NCBI RefSeq assembly: GCF_035285525.1
Contig: NZ_JAYKGW010000187.1
Location: 1-32,000, forward strand
Direction: 5' to 3'
Origin: Okeania sp.
Lineage (GTDB): Bacteria > Cyanobacteriota > Cyanobacteriia > Cyanobacteriales > Microcoleaceae
Length of the DNA stretch: 32,000 nucleotides
Both the position numbers and the translations under genes were made by a program. The stretch's first letter is position 1; each line of letters opens with the position of its first letter. Of this stretch, positions 10,762-19,348 are shown in pieces. The notes below the pieces were generated by a model. It was not told the origin of the DNA. It worked only from the letters and a program-made list of their open reading frames with translations, and ran no database searches.

Positions 10762-11070
10762 AAAGTCAAAATTCAAAATTCAACAGTTAGAAGTTAGAAA
10801 TTTTGAAGTCAAAATTCAAAAGTCAACAGTTAGAAGTAATTTTTGTTTGTTTATGGGTTGGCGATCGCTGTTTATTGAGATTAGAAGGTAAAAGTTAGAA
10901 ATTTGGGGGGTATAGTTCAAGTCAAAATTCCAAAGTCAACAGTTAGAAATTTTGAAGTCAAAATTCCAAATTCCAAATTCAAAAGTCAGAAATTTTGAAG
11001 TCATGCATTCAAAAGTCAAAAGTTAGAAGTAATTTTTGTTTGTTTTTGTTTATGGGTTGGCGATCACTGT
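10762..11070. repeat. Compound tandem repeat in the glgC upstream region
   Basis: Two large units both end in agttagaagtaatttttgtttgtt(t)...tatgggttggcgatc(g/a)ctgt (about 10762-10870 and 10918-11070). Each is built from short sub-repeats agtcaaaattc(c)aaa and agttagaaatttt. Confidence 0.75.
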
Positions 11071-11104
11071 ACAAGTCCTAGATACTACTAAGAATTAAAT
11101 TTTT

Positions 11105-13075
11105 TTATAAGCCAAGAAGTGTAGTGAGAGTTGGTAGACAATTTTTGAGAGTAGTTGCTAGTTTGCTAGCGTCTGTCATCGTTGCCGTTAGACCTTTAAG
11201 AGCATTCAAAGCCATTGAACAAAGCTTGAGGATACGTTCTCCTGGTGTTTTTTTGGCTTCTTCGGCTATGGTTTCTACAGCTTCAAGGGCTTCCTTTTTT
11301 TGGCTTTCTGAAAGTGTAGAATCATTATTAATTGATTCTTGTAAGGCAGTTAAAATAGTTGCTAAATCTGCGCCTTTTTCTGTTTTAATATCCTGAAGTT
11401 GTTGGATAGTATTGTTAATTTGACCATTGAGATTTACCAATGCCATACTACCAGAATTTGTGAGACTAACGTCACTTAGATGAACATCTCCAGATGTGGT
11501 TTTATCTCCACTAACTAGATCGCCACTAATTTGAGGATTTTCATTTTTGTTTTCCATAATTTCTACCTTTTCTGACGGGTTTAATAATATATTAGCTTTA
11601 TTACCTTGAATTGATAATTCATTATAATAATAATTTGTAATACTCTGATGAATTGCTGGTTTATCTGCAGTTGGTGAAACAGCAATTTGTGCAAGAACAA
11701 CATTTTCGTCTTTTTGTTCTATTTTCCAGCGACTTTTTTTTATTCCTTGATATTTATTTGCTGTTTTATCTAGAGCAGTACCTAGAGCTTGCCAACCGCC
11801 AAAATCAAAATCGTGTAAAAGTACATCTACAGTTTCTTGAAGTTCATCTATCCATCTTTCAAATTCACTATTTTGAAATTCTCCACTGTCTGGTTTAGGT
11901 TCTAAAAAACCGTGTTTGCCTTGTTTAATATAAATTCTTTGACAATAAACATCTTTAAAGCAAGTACGACTATTTATACTCCAATCTTCTATACAAGTTT
12001 CTGTTAGATTAGCTCTGGAAAAATCTACATCTAATAGTTGAGCTTTAGATAAATTTGCTCCTTCTAAATTAGCATCTGTTAAATTAGCACCATTTAAGTT
12101 TGCTCCTATGAGAATAGCTCCTGCTAAGTTTGCTCCTCTTAAGTTAGCACCACTAAGATTTGCTCTAGTATAATCTTTGCCAGCGCCATCCTCTGGATTT
12201 GTAAGTAGCTTTCTTACATGAGGATTTTCTAAAATCGTATCTTGCAGTCTAGACAATTCTAACCCTGTAACATTTTTAAAACTAGCGCCGGTTAATATAG
12301 CTTTTCTAAAATCTGTATGGGGTAAATGTGAATTATCGAAGCAAACATTTGTTAAATCAACACCGTAAAAAGATGTTCCACCTGTGGCAGATAAAAATAT
12401 AGCTATTTTTTTTATCCATGCAAATTTTGGTGAGCCTATGATCGCTTTTTTGGAAATAATATAACCTGTAAAAATCGTAGCTATTATTAAGATGTTTATG
12501 AAAACATCTTCTAGTAAAACTTTTTCTTCCTTAGTTAAAACTATCGCTGCAAAGACGACACTAGCTAAAGTTAAAAATTGACTTAAAGTTCCACTGGTAG
12601 TATATACAATATTTATCAGTAATGCAATAATTGTTGTACCTAAATATGCTAAAGTAATACTAAATCCAAGGAATGGTAGGCATTGAATAATTATATTAGT
12701 TTTATCTCCGCTGATAAATAAGAATATATTAGGAACAATGGTCAATATAAAAATTATAGAAATTCCAACTTTTGTAAAACCATTAATTGCTATATAATAT
12801 AGGGAAAAAAAATAGGGTATTGAAGTTATTAAGATAGCTTCCTTTGTGTTTATATTAAAATCACCTATCTTTTGTAGTTCTCTCAAAACTTGACTTGCTA
12901 CAAAACCTGAAACTAGAGGTATCAAACTTGATAAAACACCCACTAATATTCCCCATAGTGTTATTAGTAACTTATAAATGTTTTTATGTCCTGCAGATGC
13001 ATTACTAAATCCTTTATTTTGAATACTACCTTTAAAAGTAATACTACGAATATTCCTTGAGTCATAATTATTCAT
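11105..13075 (-). CDS. Membrane-anchored pentapeptide-repeat protein
   Basis: 656 aa. The N-terminal ~230 aa contain about 5-6 hydrophobic helices. A central pentapeptide-repeat block reads ANLSGANLRGANLAGAILIGANLNGANLTDANLEGANLSKAQL. The C-terminal ~280 aa belong to no family I recognise. Confidence 0.9.
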   Translation of the reverse strand: MNNYDSRNIRSITFKGSIQNKGFSNASAGHKNIYKLLITLWGILVGVLSSLIPLVSGFVASQVLRELQKIGDFNINTKEAILITSIPYFFSLYYIAINGFTKVGISIIFILTIVPNIFLFISGDKTNIIIQCLPFLGFSITLAYLGTTIIALLINIVYTTSGTLSQFLTLASVVFAAIVLTKEEKVLLEDVFINILIIATIFTGYIISKKAIIGSPKFAWIKKIAIFLSATGGTSFYGVDLTNVCFDNSHLPHTDFRKAILTGASFKNVTGLELSRLQDTILENPHVRKLLTNPEDGAGKDYTRANLSGANLRGANLAGAILIGANLNGANLTDANLEGANLSKAQLLDVDFSRANLTETCIEDWSINSRTCFKDVYCQRIYIKQGKHGFLEPKPDSGEFQNSEFERWIDELQETVDVLLHDFDFGGWQALGTALDKTANKYQGIKKSRWKIEQKDENVVLAQIAVSPTADKPAIHQSITNYYYNELSIQGNKANILLNPSEKVEIMENKNENPQISGDLVSGDKTTSGDVHLSDVSLTNSGSMALVNLNGQINNTIQQLQDIKTEKGADLATILTALQESINNDSTLSESQKKEALEAVETIAEEAKKTPGERILKLCSMALNALKGLTATMTDASKLATTLKNCLPTLTTLLGL

Positions 13076-13100
13076 TTAGCTAATTCAGAGGTATTTTTGA

Positions 13101-13604
13101 TTAACAACCAAAGTTACAATATTTACACCATACAGCTCTGTAATTTGAACGTGAATAAACATTATTAGTTCTCGATCCTGTAATAAGATAAATGTCTATG
13201 TACTGAGTTCTCAGTAAATCTATAAATTCTGCTGAAGTACCTGTCTGTTGAATAAATTCAGCTTCAGTTTTATATTTTTTCCTAATATAAAAGTCTATAT
13301 CAAACTTAAATAGAGGTAAATCTACTTCTCTTTTCTCTAGAGTATCAATATTACAATTTAAAGCAGTACAAATTTTGTCAAGTTGTTTCTTAGTAGATGG
13401 CTCTTTTAATTTTTCTTTACTTATAGGTTGAGTGCTATAAAAAGTTAATACTGATATATCTATTCGAGATTTTTTACTCAACTCTTCCAAACTTTTATCT
13501 GTATCACTATCTGGATATAACTCTTCTAACCTATATAATATCTTAAGTTGAATTGCTCCTCTTTCAATACTTTGTGGCTCATCCTCATTATTAGAAATAA
13601 TCAT
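13101..13604 (-). CDS. Hypothetical protein with HTH-like segments; the 5' end is uncertain
   Basis: 167-aa ORF ending 25 nt upstream of the pentapeptide gene on the same strand. SLEELSKKSRIDISVLTFYS looks like an XRE-type HTH. The frame stays open 147 nt upstream of this ATG with no start codon (see findings). Confidence 0.6.
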   Translation of the reverse strand: MIISNNEDEPQSIERGAIQLKILYRLEELYPDSDTDKSLEELSKKSRIDISVLTFYSTQPISKEKLKEPSTKKQLDKICTALNCNIDTLEKREVDLPLFKFDIDFYIRKKYKTEAEFIQQTGTSAEFIDLLRTQYIDIYLITGSRTNNVYSRSNYRAVWCKYCNFGC

Positions 13605-13904
13605 AGTTTTTGGCGCATCTGCACCCTCAAACCATCTTGTTGGAAATTCTTCTATCCAATCTTCTGTAGGGTTATTTGGATTAGATTCAACTTTAACTTC
13701 TTCTATCGACTCATTACTATTTTGCTCCTTTAATTGTAAAGCTTTTTTTTGTCAGTTTTAGCCATGTCATAGTTATCTATCCTCAAACTAATTAATTTCA
13801 CTCATTCTACTAAGCTTTAATATAGAAATATATAAATAGCGAATATTGTTACATAATTTTACAACAAGTTCAATATCTGGTAACTTTGAATAGAACAACT
13901 TAAC

Positions 13905-14151
13905 GTAAGCATTCAGTTATTAGCATTCGGCTATCAGCTTTTTGAAGAATCAAGCTAAAGACTAAGGTTAGCTGACAAAAATGTTTCATTTCCTTTCCTT
14001 TCATTCGGAATACTTGGCAAACAGAATGCTTGGCAAACGGAATGCTTCACAAACATAACTTTTAATTCGCCTTGACTACTAATTCCTTCTTACAATATAG
14101 TAAGTTAATAACTCATAGCTGATAGCTAATAGCTGATAGCTGAATGCTTAC
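13905..14151. mobile_element. MITE, GTAAGCATTCAGC family (copy 3)
   Basis: gtaagcattcag...gctgaatgcttac. The flanking 8-mers aacttaac (13897-13904) and aacttaaa (14152-14159) match 7/8. It ends 22 nt before the GH13 start codon. Confidence 0.8.
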
Positions 14152-14173
14152 AACTTAAATCAAAAGTTTATCT

Positions 14174-15652
14174 ATGCAAATTCAAACACCAGAATGGGTA
14201 AAACACGCTGTATTTTACCAAATTTTCCCAGACCGTTTTGCTAAAGGTCAACCACCCACCCAGGTCAAAAAAGGAATAGATAAAGGTTGGTATCCGAGTA
14301 CCCTAGAATCTTGGGATGAACCTCCTACTCCTCAAGGTTACAAAGGTGGCAACCTCTGGGGTGTCATCGAAAAACTTGATTATATTCAAGACCTTGGTGT
14401 TAATGCCATTTACTTTACACCAATTTTCCAATCCACTTGTAACCATCGCTATCATACCCATGACTATTATCGAGTCGATCCAATTTTAGGCGGTAATGAA
14501 GCTTTAAGAATATTAATAGATGCTGCTCACGCTCGGAATATAAAAATTGTTCTGGATGGAGTTTTTAACCACGCTAGTCGGGGTTTCTATTTCTTCAACG
14601 ATATTTTGGAAAACGGTCCTCATTCTCCCTGGTTACATTGGTTTAAAATAGAAGACTGGCCTCTATCTGCTTATGATGGTAGTTTACCTGCTAATTATGT
14701 GGGATGGGTAGGCAACCGTGCTTTACCTGTATTCAATCACGATAATCCAGAAGTGAAAGAATATATTATGGAAATTGGGGAATATTGGTTAGAATTTGGT
14801 ATTGATGGTTGGCGGTTGGATGTACCTGCTGAGGTGACGACTCCTGGGTTTTGGCAAGAATTTCGCGATCGCATCAAGGCTATTAACCCGGAAGCTTATA
14901 TTGTGGGTGAAGTCTGGACTGACTGTGTACAATGGTTGGATGGTACTCAGTTTGATGGGGTGATGAATTATTTATTTACTGGTCCGACTATTGCTTTTAC
15001 GGCAGGCGATCGCGTAGATTTTGACCAAGTGAAAGGCCGTGACTATGTAGCTTATCCAGCTATATCTGCTGCTGTTTATGGTCAAAAAATGCAGGAGTTG
15101 TTGCAACTATATCCTTGGGAAATTCAATTAACTCAACTTAATTTATTAGATAGTCACGATACAGCTAGAGTTTTGAGTATTGCTCAAGGAGATAAAGCAA
15201 GTGTGGAATTAGCTACTTTATTATTGATGACTTTTCCGGGAGCGCCGAGTATTTATTATGGTGATGAAGTAGGTTTACTAGGGAAGTTAGACCCTGACTG
15301 TCGTCGTGGTTTTCCTAATAATGAAAAATGGGATATTCAAGTTCTAGAATATCATAAAAAATTAATTGCTATTAGGAATAAATATTCTGCTTTGCGTACT
15401 GGTAATTATGAAGTTTTATTTGCGGAGGGAAATGTTTATATATTTGCTCGAATTTTAGGAAATGAAGAAATTATTATTGCCGTTAATATTGGTATAGAAA
15501 AAACTAAGGTAAATGTTAGTATTAATCAGCTAAAATCTCAACCTAATACAATTATTTATGGTAGTTGTGAAATTTTGCAAAGAGGAAATAAAGTTAGTCA
15601 ATTAGAGTTAGATTTACCAGGAAGAAAAGGCTGTATTTTAATGAATAATTGA
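14174..15652 (+). CDS. GH13 alpha-amylase-family glycoside hydrolase (neopullulanase/alpha-glucosidase-like)
   Basis: GH13 conserved regions are present: DGVFNH, GWRLDVPAEV, VGEVW, LLDSHD. 492 aa. Confidence 0.94.
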   Translation: MQIQTPEWVKHAVFYQIFPDRFAKGQPPTQVKKGIDKGWYPSTLESWDEPPTPQGYKGGNLWGVIEKLDYIQDLGVNAIYFTPIFQSTCNHRYHTHDYYRVDPILGGNEALRILIDAAHARNIKIVLDGVFNHASRGFYFFNDILENGPHSPWLHWFKIEDWPLSAYDGSLPANYVGWVGNRALPVFNHDNPEVKEYIMEIGEYWLEFGIDGWRLDVPAEVTTPGFWQEFRDRIKAINPEAYIVGEVWTDCVQWLDGTQFDGVMNYLFTGPTIAFTAGDRVDFDQVKGRDYVAYPAISAAVYGQKMQELLQLYPWEIQLTQLNLLDSHDTARVLSIAQGDKASVELATLLLMTFPGAPSIYYGDEVGLLGKLDPDCRRGFPNNEKWDIQVLEYHKKLIAIRNKYSALRTGNYEVLFAEGNVYIFARILGNEEIIIAVNIGIEKTKVNVSINQLKSQPNTIIYGSCEILQRGNKVSQLELDLPGRKGCILMNN

Positions 15653-15933
15653 TAATGAAAATATAGCAATCAGCCCTTATGTTTTCACAATTAAAAAATT
15701 AGAAATAAACTCCGGTAGTATTGGTATACAGAGGTTTTCACTTCGATAAACCACAGTAGGGGCGCCCCTACAGAGTTCTTGGTTATGACGGTGTGGTTCA
15801 TTAATCTGAAAAGCCCTGTAATTAAAGCTCCGTATCAGTTTGGAAACTAAAATTTGTAGGAGTTTAGTTTTTGCTCTTTTCTGATGGTAGAACCTTATTC
15901 ACCAAAGCAAGAGAATTTGATATTACCCATTAA

Positions 15934-16030
15934 ACATCTCCAGAAAATAGGGAGTGGGGAGTAGAGGGAAAGAATAGATAATTTCTGTCTGATAATTATA
16001 ATTGATTTAATTGTTTATTTTTGGAGATGT
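15934..16030. mobile_element. MITE-like element, ATCTCCAGAAA family (second copy)
   Basis: acatctccagaaa versus tttttggagatgt (12/13). The interior has gggagt repeats and gataattataattgattt, related to 1438-1557. Confidence 0.5.
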
Positions 16031-16315
16031 CTATTATCTTGTTCATGCTTTTAAAACCCCTACAATAATCAGATACGCTTACAGCACTTTCGGATTTAGT
16101 GAGCTACAAAATTTTTTTTTGTTAAAAACTGGAAGTCTGTTAGTAATGATTGGTAACACAACCTTCTAGGTTGTTACAGCAAACGAAGGCTGTGGTACAA
16201 AGATTAATATCTATCTTTAAAGTTTACCTCACTATCGTCATGCATTGCTGTAAAAATAGCTGATCCAATTTATTTGAGAGAGCTTTATTTATCATTTTTC
16301 TCCTTTTTTATATAA

Positions 16316-16341
16316 GTAAGCATTTTCTGCGGAATGCTTAC
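16316..16341. repeat. Minimal 26-bp GTAAGC...GCTTAC element (TIRs only)
   Basis: gtaagcatt ttctgcgg aatgcttac forms a 9-bp stem. Flanks are ttatataa / ttatattt, with the first 6 nt identical. Confidence 0.55.
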
Positions 16342-16464
16342 TTATATTTTTCCCTATTTTTCCTTCTTTCTTCTTTCTTCTTCCTTGCTTCTACAATCTG
16401 TAAGAAACATTTATAAAATTGGTATAATCAAGCAGACTAATGAATAACAAATGATTATTATATA

Positions 16465-16620
16465 ATGGGAAAAAATAAATCTAAATCTGACTTACCAACA
16501 AAAATATGCCCTGTCTGTAACCGCCCTTTTTCCTGGCGAAAAAAATGGGCAGACTGTTGGGATGAAGTCAAATATTGTTCCGAAAGATGTCGGCGACATA
16601 AATCAAAAATTGACAAATAA
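16465..16620 (+). CDS. DUF2256-type small zinc-ribbon protein (51 aa)
   Basis: Below the ORF-track cutoff. Reads MGKNKSKSDLPTKICPVCNRPFSWRKKWADCWDEVKYCSERCRRHKSKIDK. The CPVC...YCSERC pattern matches the conserved DUF2256 family. It ends 57 nt upstream of the next gene. Confidence 0.8.
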   Translation: MGKNKSKSDLPTKICPVCNRPFSWRKKWADCWDEVKYCSERCRRHKSKIDK

Positions 16621-16677
16621 ACTGAGACGTAATAGTATATATAGGCTAAATTATTCTGTAATTAATCACAAACAAAA

Positions 16678-17601
16678 ATGCAGCCAAAACTTATTATTCA
16701 CGGTGGTGCAGGTAGTTCCCTTGAGGAAAAAGGAGGATTAGAAATTGTTAGAAAATCTCTCCATCGCATTGTAGATGAATTATACAACTTGCTTCTAGCT
16801 GACACCGCAGCTTTAGATGTAGTAGTCCGTGGTTGTCAACTGTTAGAAGATGATCCAATTTTTAATGCTGGCACTGGTTCCGTACTCCAATCTGATGGTC
16901 AAATTCGGATGAGTGCTTCCTTAATGGATGGTTTGAATCATCGGTTTAGTGGAGCGATCAATGTCTCCCGAATTAAAAATCCCATTGACTTAGCTAGAGC
17001 ATTGCAAGAATCACCTGATCGTGTATTATCAGATATTGGAGCTGCTGAATTTGTGCGAGAATTGCAAATGCCAGTTTATAACCCTTTGACAGATAAACGA
17101 TTAAATGAATGGCTGCAAGATCGTCAACAAAATTTTAGTAGAAAAATGGCTAACGTGATTGCCGAATCTCCAGGTACTGGCACTATTGGTGTAGTAGTTT
17201 TGGATAAAGAGGGGAGATTAGCCACCGGCACTTCTACTGGTGGCAAAGGTTTTGAAAAAATTGGTCGAGTCAGTGACTCGGCGATGCCTGCTGGAAACTA
17301 TGCTACTGGTAGTGCTGGGGTAAGTTGTACTGGCATTGGAGAGGATATTATTGATGAGTGTTTGGCTGCAAAAATTGTGATTCGAGTAACGGATGGTTTT
17401 TCTATGAAGGCAGCTTTTGAACGTTCATTTGCTGAAGCTCACGAACATAAACGGGATTTGGGAGCGATCGGTATTGATGCTAGTGGTATTATTGGTTGGG
17501 GAAAAACTTGCGATGTAATTTTGGCAGCTTTTCACGATGGGCAGAAAATTGGTGATAGTTTGGAAGCCGATAAGGGAACACTCGTTTTTACTGCTGAATA
17601 A
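16678..17601 (+). CDS. Isoaspartyl peptidase / L-asparaginase (Ntn hydrolase)
   Basis: IIHGGAG N-terminus, FNAGTGS motif, and the autoprocessing site GTIGVVVLD...GTSTGG. 307 aa. Confidence 0.93.
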   Translation: MQPKLIIHGGAGSSLEEKGGLEIVRKSLHRIVDELYNLLLADTAALDVVVRGCQLLEDDPIFNAGTGSVLQSDGQIRMSASLMDGLNHRFSGAINVSRIKNPIDLARALQESPDRVLSDIGAAEFVRELQMPVYNPLTDKRLNEWLQDRQQNFSRKMANVIAESPGTGTIGVVVLDKEGRLATGTSTGGKGFEKIGRVSDSAMPAGNYATGSAGVSCTGIGEDIIDECLAAKIVIRVTDGFSMKAAFERSFAEAHEHKRDLGAIGIDASGIIGWGKTCDVILAAFHDGQKIGDSLEADKGTLVFTAE

Positions 17602-18252
17602 TATCAATACAGTGCTTTCCTTTGCCCTTAGAGATTAGGGGAGGAGGAGAGTAGGGAGTAGGGGAGAGATTTAAACGCTAGTATTAACTTGAGAGATGCG
17701 ACCTTTGCAAGACCCGTCAATGCCTGTGGGCGGAGTGCTGCCGACAGTTCCTGTGGAAACAGGAAGTAAACATTAAAATCTCAGTTGTTCTTACGTTTTA
17801 TATCGGTTTTATGAAGCAGAAATAAACTCGCGCGAGCAAGATGCACGGTTCCCGAAAAATCGCACTATACTCCCTGGCTTTCTGGCTTGTACTACAAAAC
17901 TTTCACCATTTACCTTGTACATCATTTGCCCGAAATATATATGTATAGATAATTTAGGGTTGGCGCTCAAAAGTTTGTTGGTGAAGGTAGGCAATAGGTA
18001 TAGGGGCAATAGGCAATAGTGACAGACCTTAATTGTTCTAAATTTTTCCAAGTTTTGTGATCAAAAATCTAGAGTTTTTCAGGTTAACTTAATAGTTTGT
18101 TGATACTTTATTATTACCAGAAAAAGCCTTTAAACTTTGTCTGTTAATGCTTTTATATTTAATCAGCAGAGCAATAATTTAGTCATCTTTAGATGACTTC
18201 AGCTATTAGCTAAAGATTAAAATCCTTGGCTTGGTGAGTTTGGCGGGCTTGG

Positions 18253-19065
18253 TTACGAAAGTATTTCAATTTCAATCCAGACTCCTGTTTTTTTAGTATT
18301 AGGAATATATTCAATAGTAAGCTTGGGAATACAACTCAGGCGATCGTCCTGAAGCACCCCCGCCCCATTTAATGTTAAAGCATCAAGACAGGCTCCTGCT
18401 AAATTATCTAAATCAGAATTAGTGCGATGTTTTCCACAAAAACTAATATAAATAGCTGCTCTTTTTATTGGTAAATTTATCTCTAAATTCAGTTCAGAAA
18501 TTTGACGGTAAATTTCTACTTCTGCTTGATTTCTCCAGGCACGATATTGAGGTGGTAAATAAGTACCATTAGCAGTAACTCGCGGACGTGCTTTAGGAAC
18601 TACTTTCCCTGGAAGATAGAAATGAATTGTTGGAGAATTTTCAGATTCTTTAGATTTAAGGGGAGAAGTTGTATAATTCTTAGAATTATCCAAGGACAGA
18701 ATATTTTTGTTAATTTGGGTCTCTAGTTTTTCTGGCAAATTATCTTTTGGCTCCAAAGTAGCAAATTGCATTTGATATTTATCCTCTGTAGCAGATAAAT
18801 CAACTTTTCTATAAGTATCTAATTGTTTCCGGAAGCTAGGCCAACTTTTAGCTATTTGTAAATAAGTCTCTGCACAGTTGGTTGAGAAATGACAATTCTT
18901 TTGGAACCAAGTTTGCCATTCAGTAGGTGAAAATAAAGTTTTAATTTCTAATAATAATTGACCCAAAGAATAAGCATAAGCCATAGAATTTTTTGGGTCA
19001 TTTTGGCATTTTTGATGTTTGAAATTAATATCATTTATTAAGTTTTTCCAGTTAATTAATACCAT
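18253..19065 (-). CDS. RusA-family Holliday junction resolvase fused to an N-terminal DUF3102-like domain
   Basis: The C-terminal ~130 aa read PKARPRV...YRAWRNQ...SDLDNLAGACLDALTLNGAGVLQDDRL, matching the RusA D-x-D-N...DAL...DD pattern. The N-terminal LGQLLLEIKTLFSPTEWQTWFQKNCHFSTNCAETYLQIAKSW resembles DUF3102. Confidence 0.85.
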   Translation of the reverse strand: MVLINWKNLINDINFKHQKCQNDPKNSMAYAYSLGQLLLEIKTLFSPTEWQTWFQKNCHFSTNCAETYLQIAKSWPSFRKQLDTYRKVDLSATEDKYQMQFATLEPKDNLPEKLETQINKNILSLDNSKNYTTSPLKSKESENSPTIHFYLPGKVVPKARPRVTANGTYLPPQYRAWRNQAEVEIYRQISELNLEINLPIKRAAIYISFCGKHRTNSDLDNLAGACLDALTLNGAGVLQDDRLSCIPKLTIEYIPNTKKTGVWIEIEILS

Positions 19066-19314
19066 CTTAAATAGGGAGTAGGGAGTAGGGAGTAGAGGTT
19101 AGTGATTAGTTATTAGCTAAAGGAGTAGGGAGTAGGGGTTAGTTATCAGTTATTTAGTTACAGCAGATTCCAAGTATATCAAGTACAAATATTAATAATT
19201 ACAGGACTTACAGAAAACCAATATATCTAGCCATTTATTCCTACAAATAGGGAGTAGGGAGTAGAGGTTAGTTCAGGACTTACGCAAGACACTATATATA
19301 ATGTCTATTAATTT

Positions 19315-19348
19315 AGGCGATCGCTCTCTTAATAGAGAGCGATCGCCT
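19315..19348. repeat. Perfect 15-bp-stem palindrome containing two HIP1 sites
   Basis: aggcgatcgctctct taat agagagcgatcgcct. Confidence 0.9.

Noticed and set aside
17809-18051. 80-aa ORF (-)
   Set aside because: It spans repeat-family sequence (the tagggttggcgctcaaaag terminus, caatagg repeats and the cacggttcccgaaaaatc core). It is unlikely to be coding.
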